DNA from: Oscillospiraceae bacterium
GTDB taxonomy: Bacteria; Bacillota; Clostridia; Oscillospirales; UBA929
Reading direction: 5' to 3'
Assembly: GCA_009777475.1 (NCBI GenBank)
Contig: WRLU01000012.1
Coordinates: forward strand, 1,122-65,121
DNA: 64,000 bases
Shown: one piece after another, positions 47,989 through 57,264 of the stretch
How positions within the stretch are numbered: the first letter of the stretch is position 1
Layout of the letters: the number at the start of each line of letters is the position of its first letter
Notes under the pieces: model-generated
What the model was told of the DNA's origin: nothing
Databases searched by the model: none
Seen by the model: the letters and a program-made list of their open reading frames with translations, nothing else
Made by a program: the position numbers and the translations under genes

Positions 47989-48866
47989 ACAAAACACAAC
48001 CTCGCCGCATACACTCAGGTTATTTGATTCCCCTGATTTTCGTTCTCGTTTTTGTCTGGTTGCTTATAGAACTCTACCTTTCTAATAATGTGATAAAGTC
48101 TCAAAATATCACGTATGCCTCCGAGAAGATACCCGAACGCTTCAATGACTACACTATTGTACACCTTTCTGACCTGCATGAAAAGACCTTTGGTACCGAT
48201 AATCATAAATTACTATCCGCCGTGAGAGAAGCACAGCCTGATATGATCGCAATCACCGGAGATGTCTATGACTCCGCCCAAGGGTTATCCTACGCCCAGA
48301 ATGTCTGCGGTGCTCTTGCAGAGATTGCCCCAGTTTACTATGTAACTGGTAATCACGAATGGGCAGCCGAATGGGAAAACCCGGAGGATGGTTCTCTCAT
48401 TGTTAGAGCTCGTAAGCTGTTTGATGACATTGGTGTTTTTTGGTTGGATTCTCGTGCCATACAATTGCATAAAGGCGATGATTCGGTAATCATCGCCGGT
48501 CTGTGTGACCCAAACGGTCCATTGAACAGGATGGGACTCGGCCAACTCTCTAAAGCCGCCCGAAATGAATTTGGTCAAAATTTCTTTTTTATTTTGTTAA
48601 GCCATCGATATGATATGTTCGACCTCTATCGCCAAGAAAAGGTTGACCTTGTTCTGACAGGCCACTCACACGGCGGCGTAATGCGAATACCATTTACTGA
48701 CGGTTTAGTGGGCCCCGGAGGGGAACTTATGCCCAAACGCACCGCCGGAGTATATACCGAAGGCGATACCACAATGATTGTCAGCCGCGGACTGGGCGAA
48801 ACACACCTCCCGCGGTTCCTAAACCGCCCCGATCTCACTGTTATTACTCTGAAATCTCAAAAATGA
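47985..48866 (+). CDS. Membrane-anchored calcineurin-like metallophosphoesterase
   Basis: N-terminal TM segment, then HLSDLHE, ITGD, GNHE, GHSHGG. ATGA overlap with the upstream gene. Confidence 0.8.
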   Translation: MNKTQPRRIHSGYLIPLIFVLVFVWLLIELYLSNNVIKSQNITYASEKIPERFNDYTIVHLSDLHEKTFGTDNHKLLSAVREAQPDMIAITGDVYDSAQGLSYAQNVCGALAEIAPVYYVTGNHEWAAEWENPEDGSLIVRARKLFDDIGVFWLDSRAIQLHKGDDSVIIAGLCDPNGPLNRMGLGQLSKAARNEFGQNFFFILLSHRYDMFDLYRQEKVDLVLTGHSHGGVMRIPFTDGLVGPGGELMPKRTAGVYTEGDTTMIVSRGLGETHLPRFLNRPDLTVITLKSQK

Positions 48867-49040
48867 TTACATGTTTTTATTAAAAATTTTAATGTAATTT
48901 TAGGGTTGTTTTAATATGGTATTTTATATTCGCAAATGTGATAATTTTTCACGTTTGCGAATATTTTTATCCACCCGATGCATTCTCGTTTTTTAGATCC
49001 AGGTTTATAGAGAATAGCGTGTCTTATTGTTAAGGTTCCC

Positions 49041-49069
49041 TTGAAAAATTCAAGGGACTGTGGTATAAC
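49041..49069 (+). promoter_or_regulatory. Promoter of histidine kinase operon, -35 embedded in a palindrome
   Basis: TTGAAA (49041-49046), 17-nt spacer, TATAAC (49064-49069). The palindrome cccttgaaaaattcaaggg spans the -35. Confidence 0.45.
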
Positions 49070-49101
49070 ATTAGCAGACCATCTGAAAGGAAGAAAACCG
49101 C

Positions 49102-50580
49102 ATGAAGCTGCTGAAAAACTTCAAATTGCCTAAGCTGTCAAAATTTAAGGATTGGAGCTTGTTTAAGCCGGGATTGAGGCGGCGATGGCTCATAAATTCC
49201 TTAGGCATATCTATTGTGGTCGTTCTTATCGCTCTTTCTGCCTTTTCGGTTTTGGTTTCCAATTACTATTACTCTTCTGTTCTCACCTTTTTGCAGGAAC
49301 GCGCAAATACCTACGCCAACTTTATCAGCAACCACTATATGACTGATTATGACTCTTACCAAAACAGTGCGGCACGACTGACCTCAGAATTCCGGGATAG
49401 AAAAATCATGGAGCTGCAATTCATCTCATCTTCGGGACACTTAGAAAGCACAACCGGCACGGTGCAGATGGCGGGCCAGATTATATACACGTCAGACGTA
49501 AAAGCAGCATTGGAAACCGGTGATACTGCCCATTGGTCCGGAAATGACCCGGTAACAAAAGAACATATCATGTCTGTTTCCTCTCCCCTGACATATGCAG
49601 GGGATACAGTTGGAGTATTGCGGTACGTGTCGAGCTTGGAGCGTTTGGATACTCGCATACTATACATTTTAGGCATAGGCACTTTGGTTTGCATCCTCTT
49701 TATCGCGGTTATGGTCGTTACAAATACAATTTTTGTGCGCGGCATTCTGTTACCCTTGCAAGACGTTAACAATGTAACCAAGCGTATTGCCGATGGAAAA
49801 TATGGGACACGCATTGACAGTGTTTATAATGATGAAATAGGGGAATTAGCCGCCGGAATCAATAATATGTCCAACGAACTTCAAGTCGCTGAGCGAATGA
49901 AAAACGATTTTATATCCTCTGTATCCCACGAATTGCGTACGCCGCTCACGGCAATTAGCGGCTGGGGGGAAACACTGCTTCAGGCAGGCATGGATCATCC
50001 TGACGATATGAGAAAAGGCATACGGATTATGCTTAAAGAAACGAGGCGTTTGTCAAAAATGGTAGAAGATTTGCTGAATTTTACTAATATCGAAAGCAGC
50101 CGCATGACCTTAAACATCGAGCCGATTCAGGCTTCCGCAGAGTTGGATGAAATTGTATTTTTGCATATTGATTCCCTAAAACGTGAAGGCATACTGCTGA
50201 ACTACACCCAAATCGGTGAAATACCTGAGATACGAGGGGATAAAAGCCGCCTTAAGCAGGTTTTTGTGAATATTCTTGATAATGCATCAAAGCATGGAAA
50301 ATCCGGTGAAAAAATTGATGTGAAAATCTCTTATGAAAAGCCCTTTGTACTCATTACAGTTCGTGATTACGGTCAAGGCATATCCCCTGAGGAATTGCCT
50401 TATGTCAAATCTAAATTCTACAAGGGTGCAAACATTTCCCGCGGCAGCGGCATAGGCCTGGCAATAAGCGAGGAGATAATCCTTCTGCACGATGGTGAGC
50501 TAATCATAGAAAGCACCCTGCATGAAGGCACAACGGTTACTATCAAGCTCCCCGCCAGGGAGGATGCTAAAATCATATGA
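49102..50580 (+). CDS. Sensor histidine kinase (TM-sensor-TM-HAMP-HisKA-HATPase), no adjacent regulator
   Basis: H-box FISSVSHELRTPLTAISGW; N, G1 and G2 boxes (NILDNASKH, RDYGQGI, GSGIGLAI). Confidence 0.9.
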   Translation: MKLLKNFKLPKLSKFKDWSLFKPGLRRRWLINSLGISIVVVLIALSAFSVLVSNYYYSSVLTFLQERANTYANFISNHYMTDYDSYQNSAARLTSEFRDRKIMELQFISSSGHLESTTGTVQMAGQIIYTSDVKAALETGDTAHWSGNDPVTKEHIMSVSSPLTYAGDTVGVLRYVSSLERLDTRILYILGIGTLVCILFIAVMVVTNTIFVRGILLPLQDVNNVTKRIADGKYGTRIDSVYNDEIGELAAGINNMSNELQVAERMKNDFISSVSHELRTPLTAISGWGETLLQAGMDHPDDMRKGIRIMLKETRRLSKMVEDLLNFTNIESSRMTLNIEPIQASAELDEIVFLHIDSLKREGILLNYTQIGEIPEIRGDKSRLKQVFVNILDNASKHGKSGEKIDVKISYEKPFVLITVRDYGQGISPEELPYVKSKFYKGANISRGSGIGLAISEEIILLHDGELIIESTLHEGTTVTIKLPAREDAKII

Positions 50581-52115
50581 ACGATAACGTTACTACAATT
50601 TTATCTATGATGCCGATTGTTGTTTTGCTTACCTGCCTTATTTTTCTTAAGCTCTCCCCGGCAAAATCGGGACTGGTATCCTTAGCCTCGGCTCTGCTTG
50701 TTGCTTTTGTATTTTTTGGTTTTAAAGCTTTTGGATTGTCGGTGGCAGTTGGAAAGGCATTAGCGTTAGCCCTCTTTGTTTCGCTGATTGTGTGGTTTGC
50801 TCTTTTCATGTATCATTTGGCAGATGAATTCAAAGCACTTGAAGTCATCAATAAAAATATTGTTATATTTATCGAGGACAGGTTTGTCGCTTTTTTACTC
50901 CTTGCCTGGCTTTTTTCGGGACTGCTTCAGGGAATGGCAGGCTTTGGCGTACCTATTGTTATTATAACACCTATTTTAATTTCACTTGGTATAAGCAAAA
51001 TAACAGCCCTATCAGCCGCATTGCTAGGACATTCATGGGCAGTAACATTTGGCTCTATGGGAGCAGCATTCTTTATTATTGAGATGATTACCGGGGTTCC
51101 TGCCGGGGATTTGGCAGTGCCTGCATGGATATTCAACACATCCGCTCATTTTCTGACCGGTCTTGGTGTTTGTTGGCTATACGGCGGTCTCGGCGGAATA
51201 AAGAAAGGACTCCCCTACATCCTTCCGGTATCCGCTGCAATGACCATATCTCAGTATTTTACTCTCCGTTATGGTATGTATTCAATTTCGTCGCTCAGCA
51301 CTGCCCTTACCGGATTAACTGTTATGTGTATACTGTACAAGCTACGGGAAAAACGTGCTGGTCAGTTGACAAAACCCGCATTGTATTCTGATAAACTGAA
51401 CTTTTTTCAGGTGACACTGCCCTACGTCCTGATTTTAACTTTGTCATTAGCCTTTCAATTTTTACCCTCCGAATTCAGAGATATTTCCCTTTCCTTTAAT
51501 TTCCCGGCATCTGAAACAACGTTAGGATATGAGGCTTCGGCTGAAATTGGCTATTCGCGCATACTATTGTTTGGACATCCTTCCCTCATTCTCCTCTGCG
51601 CCTCCGCCGCCGCCATAATTACATATAAATGTGCCGGGGTGTGGGACTCCGCCCTCTTTTGCAATGCCGTAAAAAGCACCGTAAAAAAAGCTATCCCCGC
51701 TACCTTGACACTGTTGGCACTCGGTAATATGTCCCTAGTTATGATGGATTCGGGCATGACCGATCTGCTGGCCTACAGCGCGGCAAATATGAGCGGAAAA
51801 TTTTATCCCATTTTCGCCCCATTTTTCGGAGTTTTGGGTAGTTTTCTAACCGGAAACAACACCAACGCAAATGTGCTGTTTGGGGTTTTTCAACAGACAA
51901 TAGCTCAACAATTGTCTGTTGACGAGGCGATAATGCTTGCGGCACAGTCAATTTCCGGGTCGGTTGGCGTTGCCGTTGGCCCGACATTAATTCTCATGGG
52001 TGCAATTTCATCCAAGCAGATTGGAGTTGAATCCTTAATTTACAAAAAAATAATGCCGATAATTTTGCTTATCGCTTTGATAATGGGCATTATAAACTAT
52101 ATATTACTGAGATAA
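50577..52115 (+). CDS. L-lactate permease (LctP) family transporter
   Basis: About 12-14 TM segments and FFGVLGSFLTGNNTNANVLFG, an LctP-type motif. ATGA overlap with the kinase stop. Confidence 0.6.
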   Translation: MNDNVTTILSMMPIVVLLTCLIFLKLSPAKSGLVSLASALLVAFVFFGFKAFGLSVAVGKALALALFVSLIVWFALFMYHLADEFKALEVINKNIVIFIEDRFVAFLLLAWLFSGLLQGMAGFGVPIVIITPILISLGISKITALSAALLGHSWAVTFGSMGAAFFIIEMITGVPAGDLAVPAWIFNTSAHFLTGLGVCWLYGGLGGIKKGLPYILPVSAAMTISQYFTLRYGMYSISSLSTALTGLTVMCILYKLREKRAGQLTKPALYSDKLNFFQVTLPYVLILTLSLAFQFLPSEFRDISLSFNFPASETTLGYEASAEIGYSRILLFGHPSLILLCASAAAIITYKCAGVWDSALFCNAVKSTVKKAIPATLTLLALGNMSLVMMDSGMTDLLAYSAANMSGKFYPIFAPFFGVLGSFLTGNNTNANVLFGVFQQTIAQQLSVDEAIMLAAQSISGSVGVAVGPTLILMGAISSKQIGVESLIYKKIMPIILLIALIMGIINYILLR

Positions 52116-52125
52116 GCGAGGGTGT

Positions 52126-52782
52126 TTGGGCATGAAGATTTGTCACATTTTTGGGGCGGGAGACTTTTTTGAGCCGCCGGTGATGCCCTGTACAGGTGAT
52201 TTTGTTGTAGCGGCCGATGGGGGATATCACCATGCTCATCAGTATACGACTGACGTAGATTTGCTGATAGGGGATTTTGATTCACTCCCTTACATCCCCC
52301 AAAACGTCAACATTACAACCCTACCCCGGGAAAAAAGCGATACCGACATGGCACACGCCATTGAGGCAGGACTTTCCCGGGGATTTCGGATATTTCACAT
52401 ACACGGCGGTATGGGCGGGCGGATGGATCACACCATGACAAATATTCAGCTCATCTCATCACTTGCCGAAAAAAATGCTCAAGGTTTTTTATTTGACCAA
52501 AGCCGGGCAGTAACAGTCATAAAAAACGGAGCTGCACACTTTCCTGCTGTGTCGGCAGGCATAATTTCAGTGCTGTGCCTGTCGGACAAATCTCAGGGCG
52601 TTACATTGCAGGGTCTGAAATACCCCCTTGAAAACGCTGTGCTGCACAGAACCCGCCCTATTGGCGTGAGCAACGAGTTTACCGGAAAGGCGGCAAGCGT
52701 TTCTGTCGAAACCGGGGTTTTGCTTATTGACTATCCTAAGCAGATCATGGAGCATCCTTGGGAGCTAATTTGCGTATGCTAA
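52126..52782 (+). CDS. thiN: Thiamine diphosphokinase
   Basis: GDFDS, EKSDTDMAHAIE, HGGMGGRMDH. Confidence 0.75.
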   Translation: MGMKICHIFGAGDFFEPPVMPCTGDFVVAADGGYHHAHQYTTDVDLLIGDFDSLPYIPQNVNITTLPREKSDTDMAHAIEAGLSRGFRIFHIHGGMGGRMDHTMTNIQLISSLAEKNAQGFLFDQSRAVTVIKNGAAHFPAVSAGIISVLCLSDKSQGVTLQGLKYPLENAVLHRTRPIGVSNEFTGKAASVSVETGVLLIDYPKQIMEHPWELICVC

Positions 52783-53432
52783 TTGGGGTTTTTTTGGCAC
52801 CCATCTTCGTCGTCATGAATTTTTTGGCCTAATATCAGCTCCTCCTCCGAATCTGCCGTATGTAGAACCGATATTTCATACGCCGTTTTTTCCTCAAGGC
52901 ATTCCTCAACCAGCTTGGTATACTGCCTCGATTGAAAACGCCCCTCCAGGTAAATCATACTGCCAACACCCAATGTCGCGCATTCCCGGGCGGTCTTCCC
53001 CCATGCAATCAATGGGAGATAATCGGTGCGGTTGTAGCTACGTCCTACTGCCAACATAATGTCGCATATTTCCCTGCCTAGCGGCGTCCGACGGTAGATC
53101 GGTTCGCGGCAAATAGTTCCTGAAAGCAACACCCGGTTGACCGGCTCGTTTATGCCGGACAGGACAGTCTTGGCAAGTGCCGACACAACAAGACGGCTCC
53201 CCGAACCGCTCTTGTTGTTAAATGAACGCAATTGCCCTTGTACCTCAATCCACATCCCCGGACTGACATCAAGCTTCTCTACGACATCACTGCCGATAAG
53301 TGTGCGCAAGGTATCAATCCTTCCCGAAAGCCTCGGCACCTCCAGCCATAGGGTATAGAAATCGGTATCATGTGAGGTGTGGGAAAATTCAACAGTCTTT
53401 GCCGCCGTTCCTCTGAGGAGAATCCAGTTCAT
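52779..53432 (-). CDS. Tandem OB-fold single-stranded DNA-binding-like protein
   Basis: Two SSB-like halves. The second reads NRVLLSGTICREPIYRRTPLGREICDIMLAV ... LPLIAWGKTARE ... GSMIYLEGRFQSRQY. Confidence 0.5.
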   Translation of the reverse strand: MNWILLRGTAAKTVEFSHTSHDTDFYTLWLEVPRLSGRIDTLRTLIGSDVVEKLDVSPGMWIEVQGQLRSFNNKSGSGSRLVVSALAKTVLSGINEPVNRVLLSGTICREPIYRRTPLGREICDIMLAVGRSYNRTDYLPLIAWGKTARECATLGVGSMIYLEGRFQSRQYTKLVEECLEEKTAYEISVLHTADSEEELILGQKIHDDEDGCQKNPN

Positions 53433-53753
53433 AAAGTCCACCATCTTTCTTTTGTTTTTGGTTTTATCTGATGTATATGAGGCTCCCTTTTTAATTATTC
53501 CAACATCCCCAAAAACCCGGACAAAATCGTTTTACCCTGACCGGTTAGGTTTTATTTACCCAGTACAGGTCACATTCCTTCCATCTGTGCCAAGCACCTT
53601 GGGCTTGGCAGTTTTCTTGCCCTATATATTTATCGTAAGATTTCGAGCAAACTTTAGTGCTTCTAAAAAAAATAAGTGCCGTTTTATCTCTGCTATAAAA
53701 AAATATTTAGGAAATTTATACAGAAAAAATAAAAAAGTTTCTGATTAAAAAGC

Positions 53754-53782
53754 TTGACAAGCCTTATTTGTTTATGTACAAT
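53754..53782 (+). promoter_or_regulatory. tRNA-Arg promoter
   Basis: TTGACA (53754-53759), 17-nt spacer, TACAAT (53777-53782), in an AT-rich upstream region. Confidence 0.65.
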
Positions 53783-53798
53783 GTTACTCGTTAGATGC

Positions 53799-53875
53799 GC
53801 GCCGTTAGCTCAGCTGGATAGAGCGCATGGCTACGGACCATGAGGTCGAGGGTTCGAATCCTCCACGGCGCGCCA
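53799..53875 (+). tRNA. tRNA-Arg (anticodon ACG), CCA encoded
   Basis: Acceptor stem GCGCCGT/ACGGCGC, D-arm GCTCAGCTGGATAGAGC, anticodon loop CTACGGA, T-loop GGTTCGAATCC, 3' GCCA. Confidence 0.9.
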
Positions 53876-53880
53876 CGAAT

Positions 53881-53946
53881 AAGTCAAGCCCGCGACAAAA
53901 AATTTCTTAAAGAAATTTTTGTGGTTGCGGGCTTGGCTTATTTTTC
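53881..53946. terminator. Long hairpin terminator after tRNA-Arg
   Basis: aagtcaagcccgcgacaaaaaatttctt / aagaaatttttgtggttgcgggcttggctt followed by attttt. Confidence 0.75.
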
Positions 53947-54067
53947 AGCCTTTCACAACCGCATCAAACCCCGGAATCTTCCAGCCCGCCGTCACCTTGC
54001 CGTTGGGATAAATATGCACCCTGTCGATGAATAAGTCAACAAGCGGCTGGGTCAACTTTTCTTTACA
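53945..54067 (-). pseudogene. 40-codon 3' stub of a large serine recombinase
   Basis: The minus frame after an in-frame TAG reads CKEKLTQPLVDLFIDRVHIYPNGKVTAGWKIPGFDAVVKG-stop. It follows the same pattern as the tail LIAVFVNAIYLYDDKITFIFN of the remnant at 10191-10865. Confidence 0.4.
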
Positions 54068-54623
54068 CTAACAGGCAGACTGAGCGGTTTTGCCGTTTTT
54101 CCCTCACAGGTTTGACAGGTTTAGGTGCGGCAGATTTCACTTTGGGTTTCTGTGACCGCTTAGCCTCTCGGAGCCTCTGCCTCAATATGGCGGCTTCATC
54201 TTTGAGTTCCCGCTGTTTTGGCATAGACTGCTTTTGTTTGCTCTGTTTTGGAACAAGCTGAGTACGTATCCTTAATTTTGGCGTTTTGGCATTGGATTTG
54301 GGTTCTTCATGTACATGAAACTGCCTGACGACCCTGCGGTTTTTCAGAAACCTAAAAAAGTTGATGATAAACGAGGAAAGGCTTTCCCCATTCACGCCGA
54401 TCAGTGCCAGCAACGCCGCAGGCAAAGCAGTCAGGCAGAGTGCGATGATTGTGGCTGTCAGCTACAGGGGAAGGTTCAGAATGGGGAATCCGCAGAGCAG
54501 TGCCGCAGCGATGGCCTCAATGGCATTCCTTAGTTTAAACATCCCGCCGAACACCGAGCCGGATTCAATAAAATTCGGAGGGATACCATAGGTGTTTTGA
54601 CGTTCTTCTTTTTCCCGGTTCAT
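54063..54623 (-). pseudogene. TcpE/PrgI-like conjugation membrane protein gene with in-frame TAG
   Basis: MNREKEERQNTYGIPPNFIESGSVFGGMFKLRNAIEAIAAALLCGFPILNLPL, then TAG (54462-54464), then LTATIIALCLTALPAALLALIGVNGESLSSFIINFFRFLKNRR... in the same frame. Confidence 0.55.
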
Positions 54624-54633
54624 AATTGCCTCC
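54591..54633. repeat. 43-bp direct repeat, copy A (5' end of tcpE-like gene)
   Basis: ggtgttttgacgttcttctttttcccggttcataattgcctcc; 40 of 43 identical to copy B. Confidence 0.85.
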
Positions 54634-54686
54634 TTGATGGTTGTTATAGTCATTACAATTTGACAATATATTTTACTGAAAAATCA

Positions 54687-54715
54687 TTGATTTTTTTCTA
54701 GTCGTGGTGTATAAT
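54687..54715 (+). promoter_or_regulatory. Promoter of Phd/RelE cassette
   Basis: TTGATT (54687-54692), 17-nt spacer, TATAAT (54710-54715). Confidence 0.5.
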
Positions 54716-54747
54716 AAGAACAGATTTTATAAAGGGGGGCTATTTGT

Positions 54748-55071
54748 ATGCCGAATACAGCCAATTTCCTGCACAGTCTGGTTCCCATCACCCAGTTCAA
54801 CAAGGGGCAGGCCGCAAGAATATTTGACCGTGTGAAATCCGAGAGCCAACTTGTGGTACTCAAGAATAACGTGCCGTCCGCTATTATCCTCTCTCCCGAT
54901 GAATATGAGAGACTGACAGAAATAGAGGAAAACTATAATCTGCTTTCCCTTGCGGAATCACGTTTGAAAAACGGTTGGACGGCACGTTCTGTTGATGCCG
55001 CTGAAGCAATGCACCGGCTTGGCATAACGCCGGAGGATATTGAAAATGCGGAGGATGTGGAAATTGAATGA
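54748..55071 (+). CDS. Phd/YefM family antitoxin
   Basis: PITQFNKGQAARIFDRVKSESQLVVLKNNVPSAIILSPDEYERL. 4-nt overlap with the toxin gene. Confidence 0.8.
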   Translation: MPNTANFLHSLVPITQFNKGQAARIFDRVKSESQLVVLKNNVPSAIILSPDEYERLTEIEENYNLLSLAESRLKNGWTARSVDAAEAMHRLGITPEDIENAEDVEIE

Positions 55072-55397
55072 ACTGGACATTGAAATATCTTCCGGATGCC
55101 TTGGATGATTTAAAAAAACTTGGCGGCTCTGTCTGCCCGCAAGTTTTCAAAGGGATTGTAAAAGTTCAGCAAAATCCTCTGCCAAGGGCAAGAGGCGGCT
55201 ATGGCGAACCTTTGGGTAATAAACGAGGCAATAACCTCACCGGATTATATAAAATAAAGTTCCGCAGCATTGGAGTTCGTGCCGTTTATGCGTTGGAAGA
55301 GACAAACTCTACTATGACAATTATTGTCATATCCCTGCGTGCAGACAACGAGGTTTACAAAGTTGCGGAACATCGAAGGGAAAAGCATGAGCTATGA
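55068..55397 (+). CDS. RelE/ParE family toxin
   Basis: WTLKYLPDALDDLKKL ... LTGLYKIKFRSIGVRAVYALEETNSTMTIIVISLR. Confidence 0.8.
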   Translation: MNWTLKYLPDALDDLKKLGGSVCPQVFKGIVKVQQNPLPRARGGYGEPLGNKRGNNLTGLYKIKFRSIGVRAVYALEETNSTMTIIVISLRADNEVYKVAEHRREKHEL

Positions 55398-55427
55398 TGC
55401 CAACGGTAAATACCACTGTGGGTTCCG

Positions 55428-55470
55428 GGTGTTTTACCGTTCTTCTTTTTTCCGGTTCATAATTGCCTCC
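55428..55470. repeat. 43-bp direct repeat, copy B (truncated second copy of the tcpE-like 5' end)
   Basis: ggtgttttaccgttcttcttttttccggttcataattgcctcc. On the minus strand it reads MNRKKEER-stop. Confidence 0.85.
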
Positions 55471-55487
55471 ATTTTGGATATTGACTA

Positions 55488-55529
55488 TTCAAGGAATCTT
55501 TGATAAGATGGATTCAAAGATTCCTTGAA
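55488..55529. repeat. Perfect 16-bp inverted repeat
   Basis: ttcaaggaatctttga (55488-55503), 10-nt loop, tcaaagattccttgaa (55514-55529). It sits between the two TA cassettes. Confidence 0.85.
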
Positions 55530-55609
55530 TAATTTATGTTTATTGTATATTACAGAGAGGGGAATTCAGTATGTATCCAGCCGCAAGTCAAGTCAAAGGG
55601 GGCGTTTCT

Positions 55610-55948
55610 ATGCCTAAAAAGAGGATTGCTGTTTCCGGGAAACGGCAGATCACACTCCCGGTCGAATTTTTTAATCAGGTCGGCATTGATACCGAGGTGG
55701 AATGCTATGTACAGTCCGGTGCTATTGTAATACGCCCAGTCAGGGAATCAGGCGGTGAATTTGCCGAGCAAATTTTAGCAGACTTAATTTCTCAGGGATT
55801 TGACGGGCAGAATTTACTAGAAAAATTTAAGGAAGTTTCCCGTAAAATACGCCCTGCCGTTGAAAATCTGCTCGAAGAAGCAGATGCTATTGCAGCCGGA
55901 AAAGCACCTTATGACACAATGGAAGGTGTTTTCGGATCGGAGGATTGA
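55610..55948 (+). CDS. AbrB/MazE/SpoVT family antitoxin
   Basis: MPKKRIAVSGKRQITLPVEFFNQVGIDTEVECYVQSGAIVIRPV. RBS aaaggggg. Confidence 0.75.
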   Translation: MPKKRIAVSGKRQITLPVEFFNQVGIDTEVECYVQSGAIVIRPVRESGGEFAEQILADLISQGFDGQNLLEKFKEVSRKIRPAVENLLEEADAIAAGKAPYDTMEGVFGSED

Positions 55949-56259
55949 AAAGGATGTACGAATTGAGATTTTCCCCGAAAGCATCAAAATTTTTGAAAAA
56001 ACTCAGAGATAAAAGACTAAGGGCTGCTTTTCAGAGTGCTTTGAACGAAATTGCCAATGATCCATCTGCGGGAGGGGCAAAATCGGGAGACCTTGCCGGC
56101 ATTTATGGCTATGATGTGTATCACAACAAAACAAACTATGAAATTGCATATGCCGTCATTGAAAAGGACGGCAGTTATGTCGTTGTGATTTTGGCCGGAA
56201 CCCGGGAAAACTTTTATGACGAATTGAAGCGGTATTGGTCGCCGGGTTTCGATGTGTAA
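55945..56259 (+). CDS. RelE/StbE-type mRNA interferase toxin
   Basis: YELRFSPKASKFLKKLRDKRL ... DPSAGGAKSGDLAGIYGYDV ... YEIAYAVIEKDGSYVVVILAGTRENFY. 4-nt overlap with the antitoxin gene. Confidence 0.75.
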   Translation: MKRMYELRFSPKASKFLKKLRDKRLRAAFQSALNEIANDPSAGGAKSGDLAGIYGYDVYHNKTNYEIAYAVIEKDGSYVVVILAGTRENFYDELKRYWSPGFDV

Positions 56260-56260
56260 C

Positions 56261-57118
56261 TCACGGCAAATACCTGCGGGGGTTTTGCAGCATGCCGCCA
56301 ACCATCACTTCAAGGTGCAGGTGCGGCCCGGTGGATAATCCGGTGGAGCCAACTTTGGCCACAACATCGCCTTTTTTCACAGCCTGACCTCCCGATACCA
56401 GAAGCTCGCTGCAATGGGCATACAATGTTGTCATTTTCCCGCCGTGGCTAATAACAAGATGGTAGCCGTAACCGGTGGTAGACTTTTTGACATACAGCAC
56501 AGTCCCGTCGGCCATAGCGTAGATTGGCGTGCCAATCGGCACACCGATGTCGATGCCAGCGTGGAATTTTCTGTTTTTGGTAATCGGATGAATTCGGTAG
56601 CCAAACTCTGACGTTACAAAACGTTTCCAGTTTGTAATCACAGCCGCATAATCGCCTGTGATATGCACCGAGGATTCCTCCCTGAGCATATCGGTGATGG
56701 ATTGATGTGTGCTATTTCCGGAAACGGTTTCATTGTCACGCTCGTTGAGGAAAATGATCAGGTTTTCAGCGTAATTGCGCGCCAATGTACCCTTTTCCTC
56801 ATCTAGCTTGAAGACCTTGGTTGCAAAGTAGTCTGACCCGGCGAATAACACGGTATAGGTGTGTTTTTGCTTGCCATCAACCTCTTTGACCGATTTGCTC
56901 CATGTAAATAGGTTGCCCTTATGTTTTTTGATGACGGATATGAGGCCGTCTGCCGAGATTTCCTTGTAATTGCTCTTATATGCACAATACATAGAGATTA
57001 GGATGTTGGTGTCTAGCGAGGCATCAGCATCAAAATTGTCAATAATTTCATGCCCATCATCAGCCGGCAGGGCATCAATCTCTTGGCGGAAGATTGCCGT
57101 TTGTGTTGTCGGTTGCAT
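56261..57118 (-). CDS. M23 peptidoglycan metalloendopeptidase (conjugative-element hydrolase type), 5' region decayed
   Basis: HAGIDIGVPIGTPIYA ... LYAHCS ... GPHLHLEV. A different frame just upstream (57119-57220) encodes MYSTKQYMAPEKGGYETVTTADGAKWYKQYAAH, which suggests a lost N-terminal part. Confidence 0.7.
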   Translation of the reverse strand: MQPTTQTAIFRQEIDALPADDGHEIIDNFDADASLDTNILISMYCAYKSNYKEISADGLISVIKKHKGNLFTWSKSVKEVDGKQKHTYTVLFAGSDYFATKVFKLDEEKGTLARNYAENLIIFLNERDNETVSGNSTHQSITDMLREESSVHITGDYAAVITNWKRFVTSEFGYRIHPITKNRKFHAGIDIGVPIGTPIYAMADGTVLYVKKSTTGYGYHLVISHGGKMTTLYAHCSELLVSGGQAVKKGDVVAKVGSTGLSTGPHLHLEVMVGGMLQNPRRYLP

Positions 57119-57264
57119 GGGCGGCGTATTGCTTGTACCATTTTGCGCCGTCGGCAGTGGTTACGGTCTCATAGCCACCTTTTTCGGGGGCCATATATTG
57201 CTTGGTGCTGTACATCCCAAAGGCGGTTCTTGTTTTTTCGTTTCTATATGGGATACTTGGTAGT

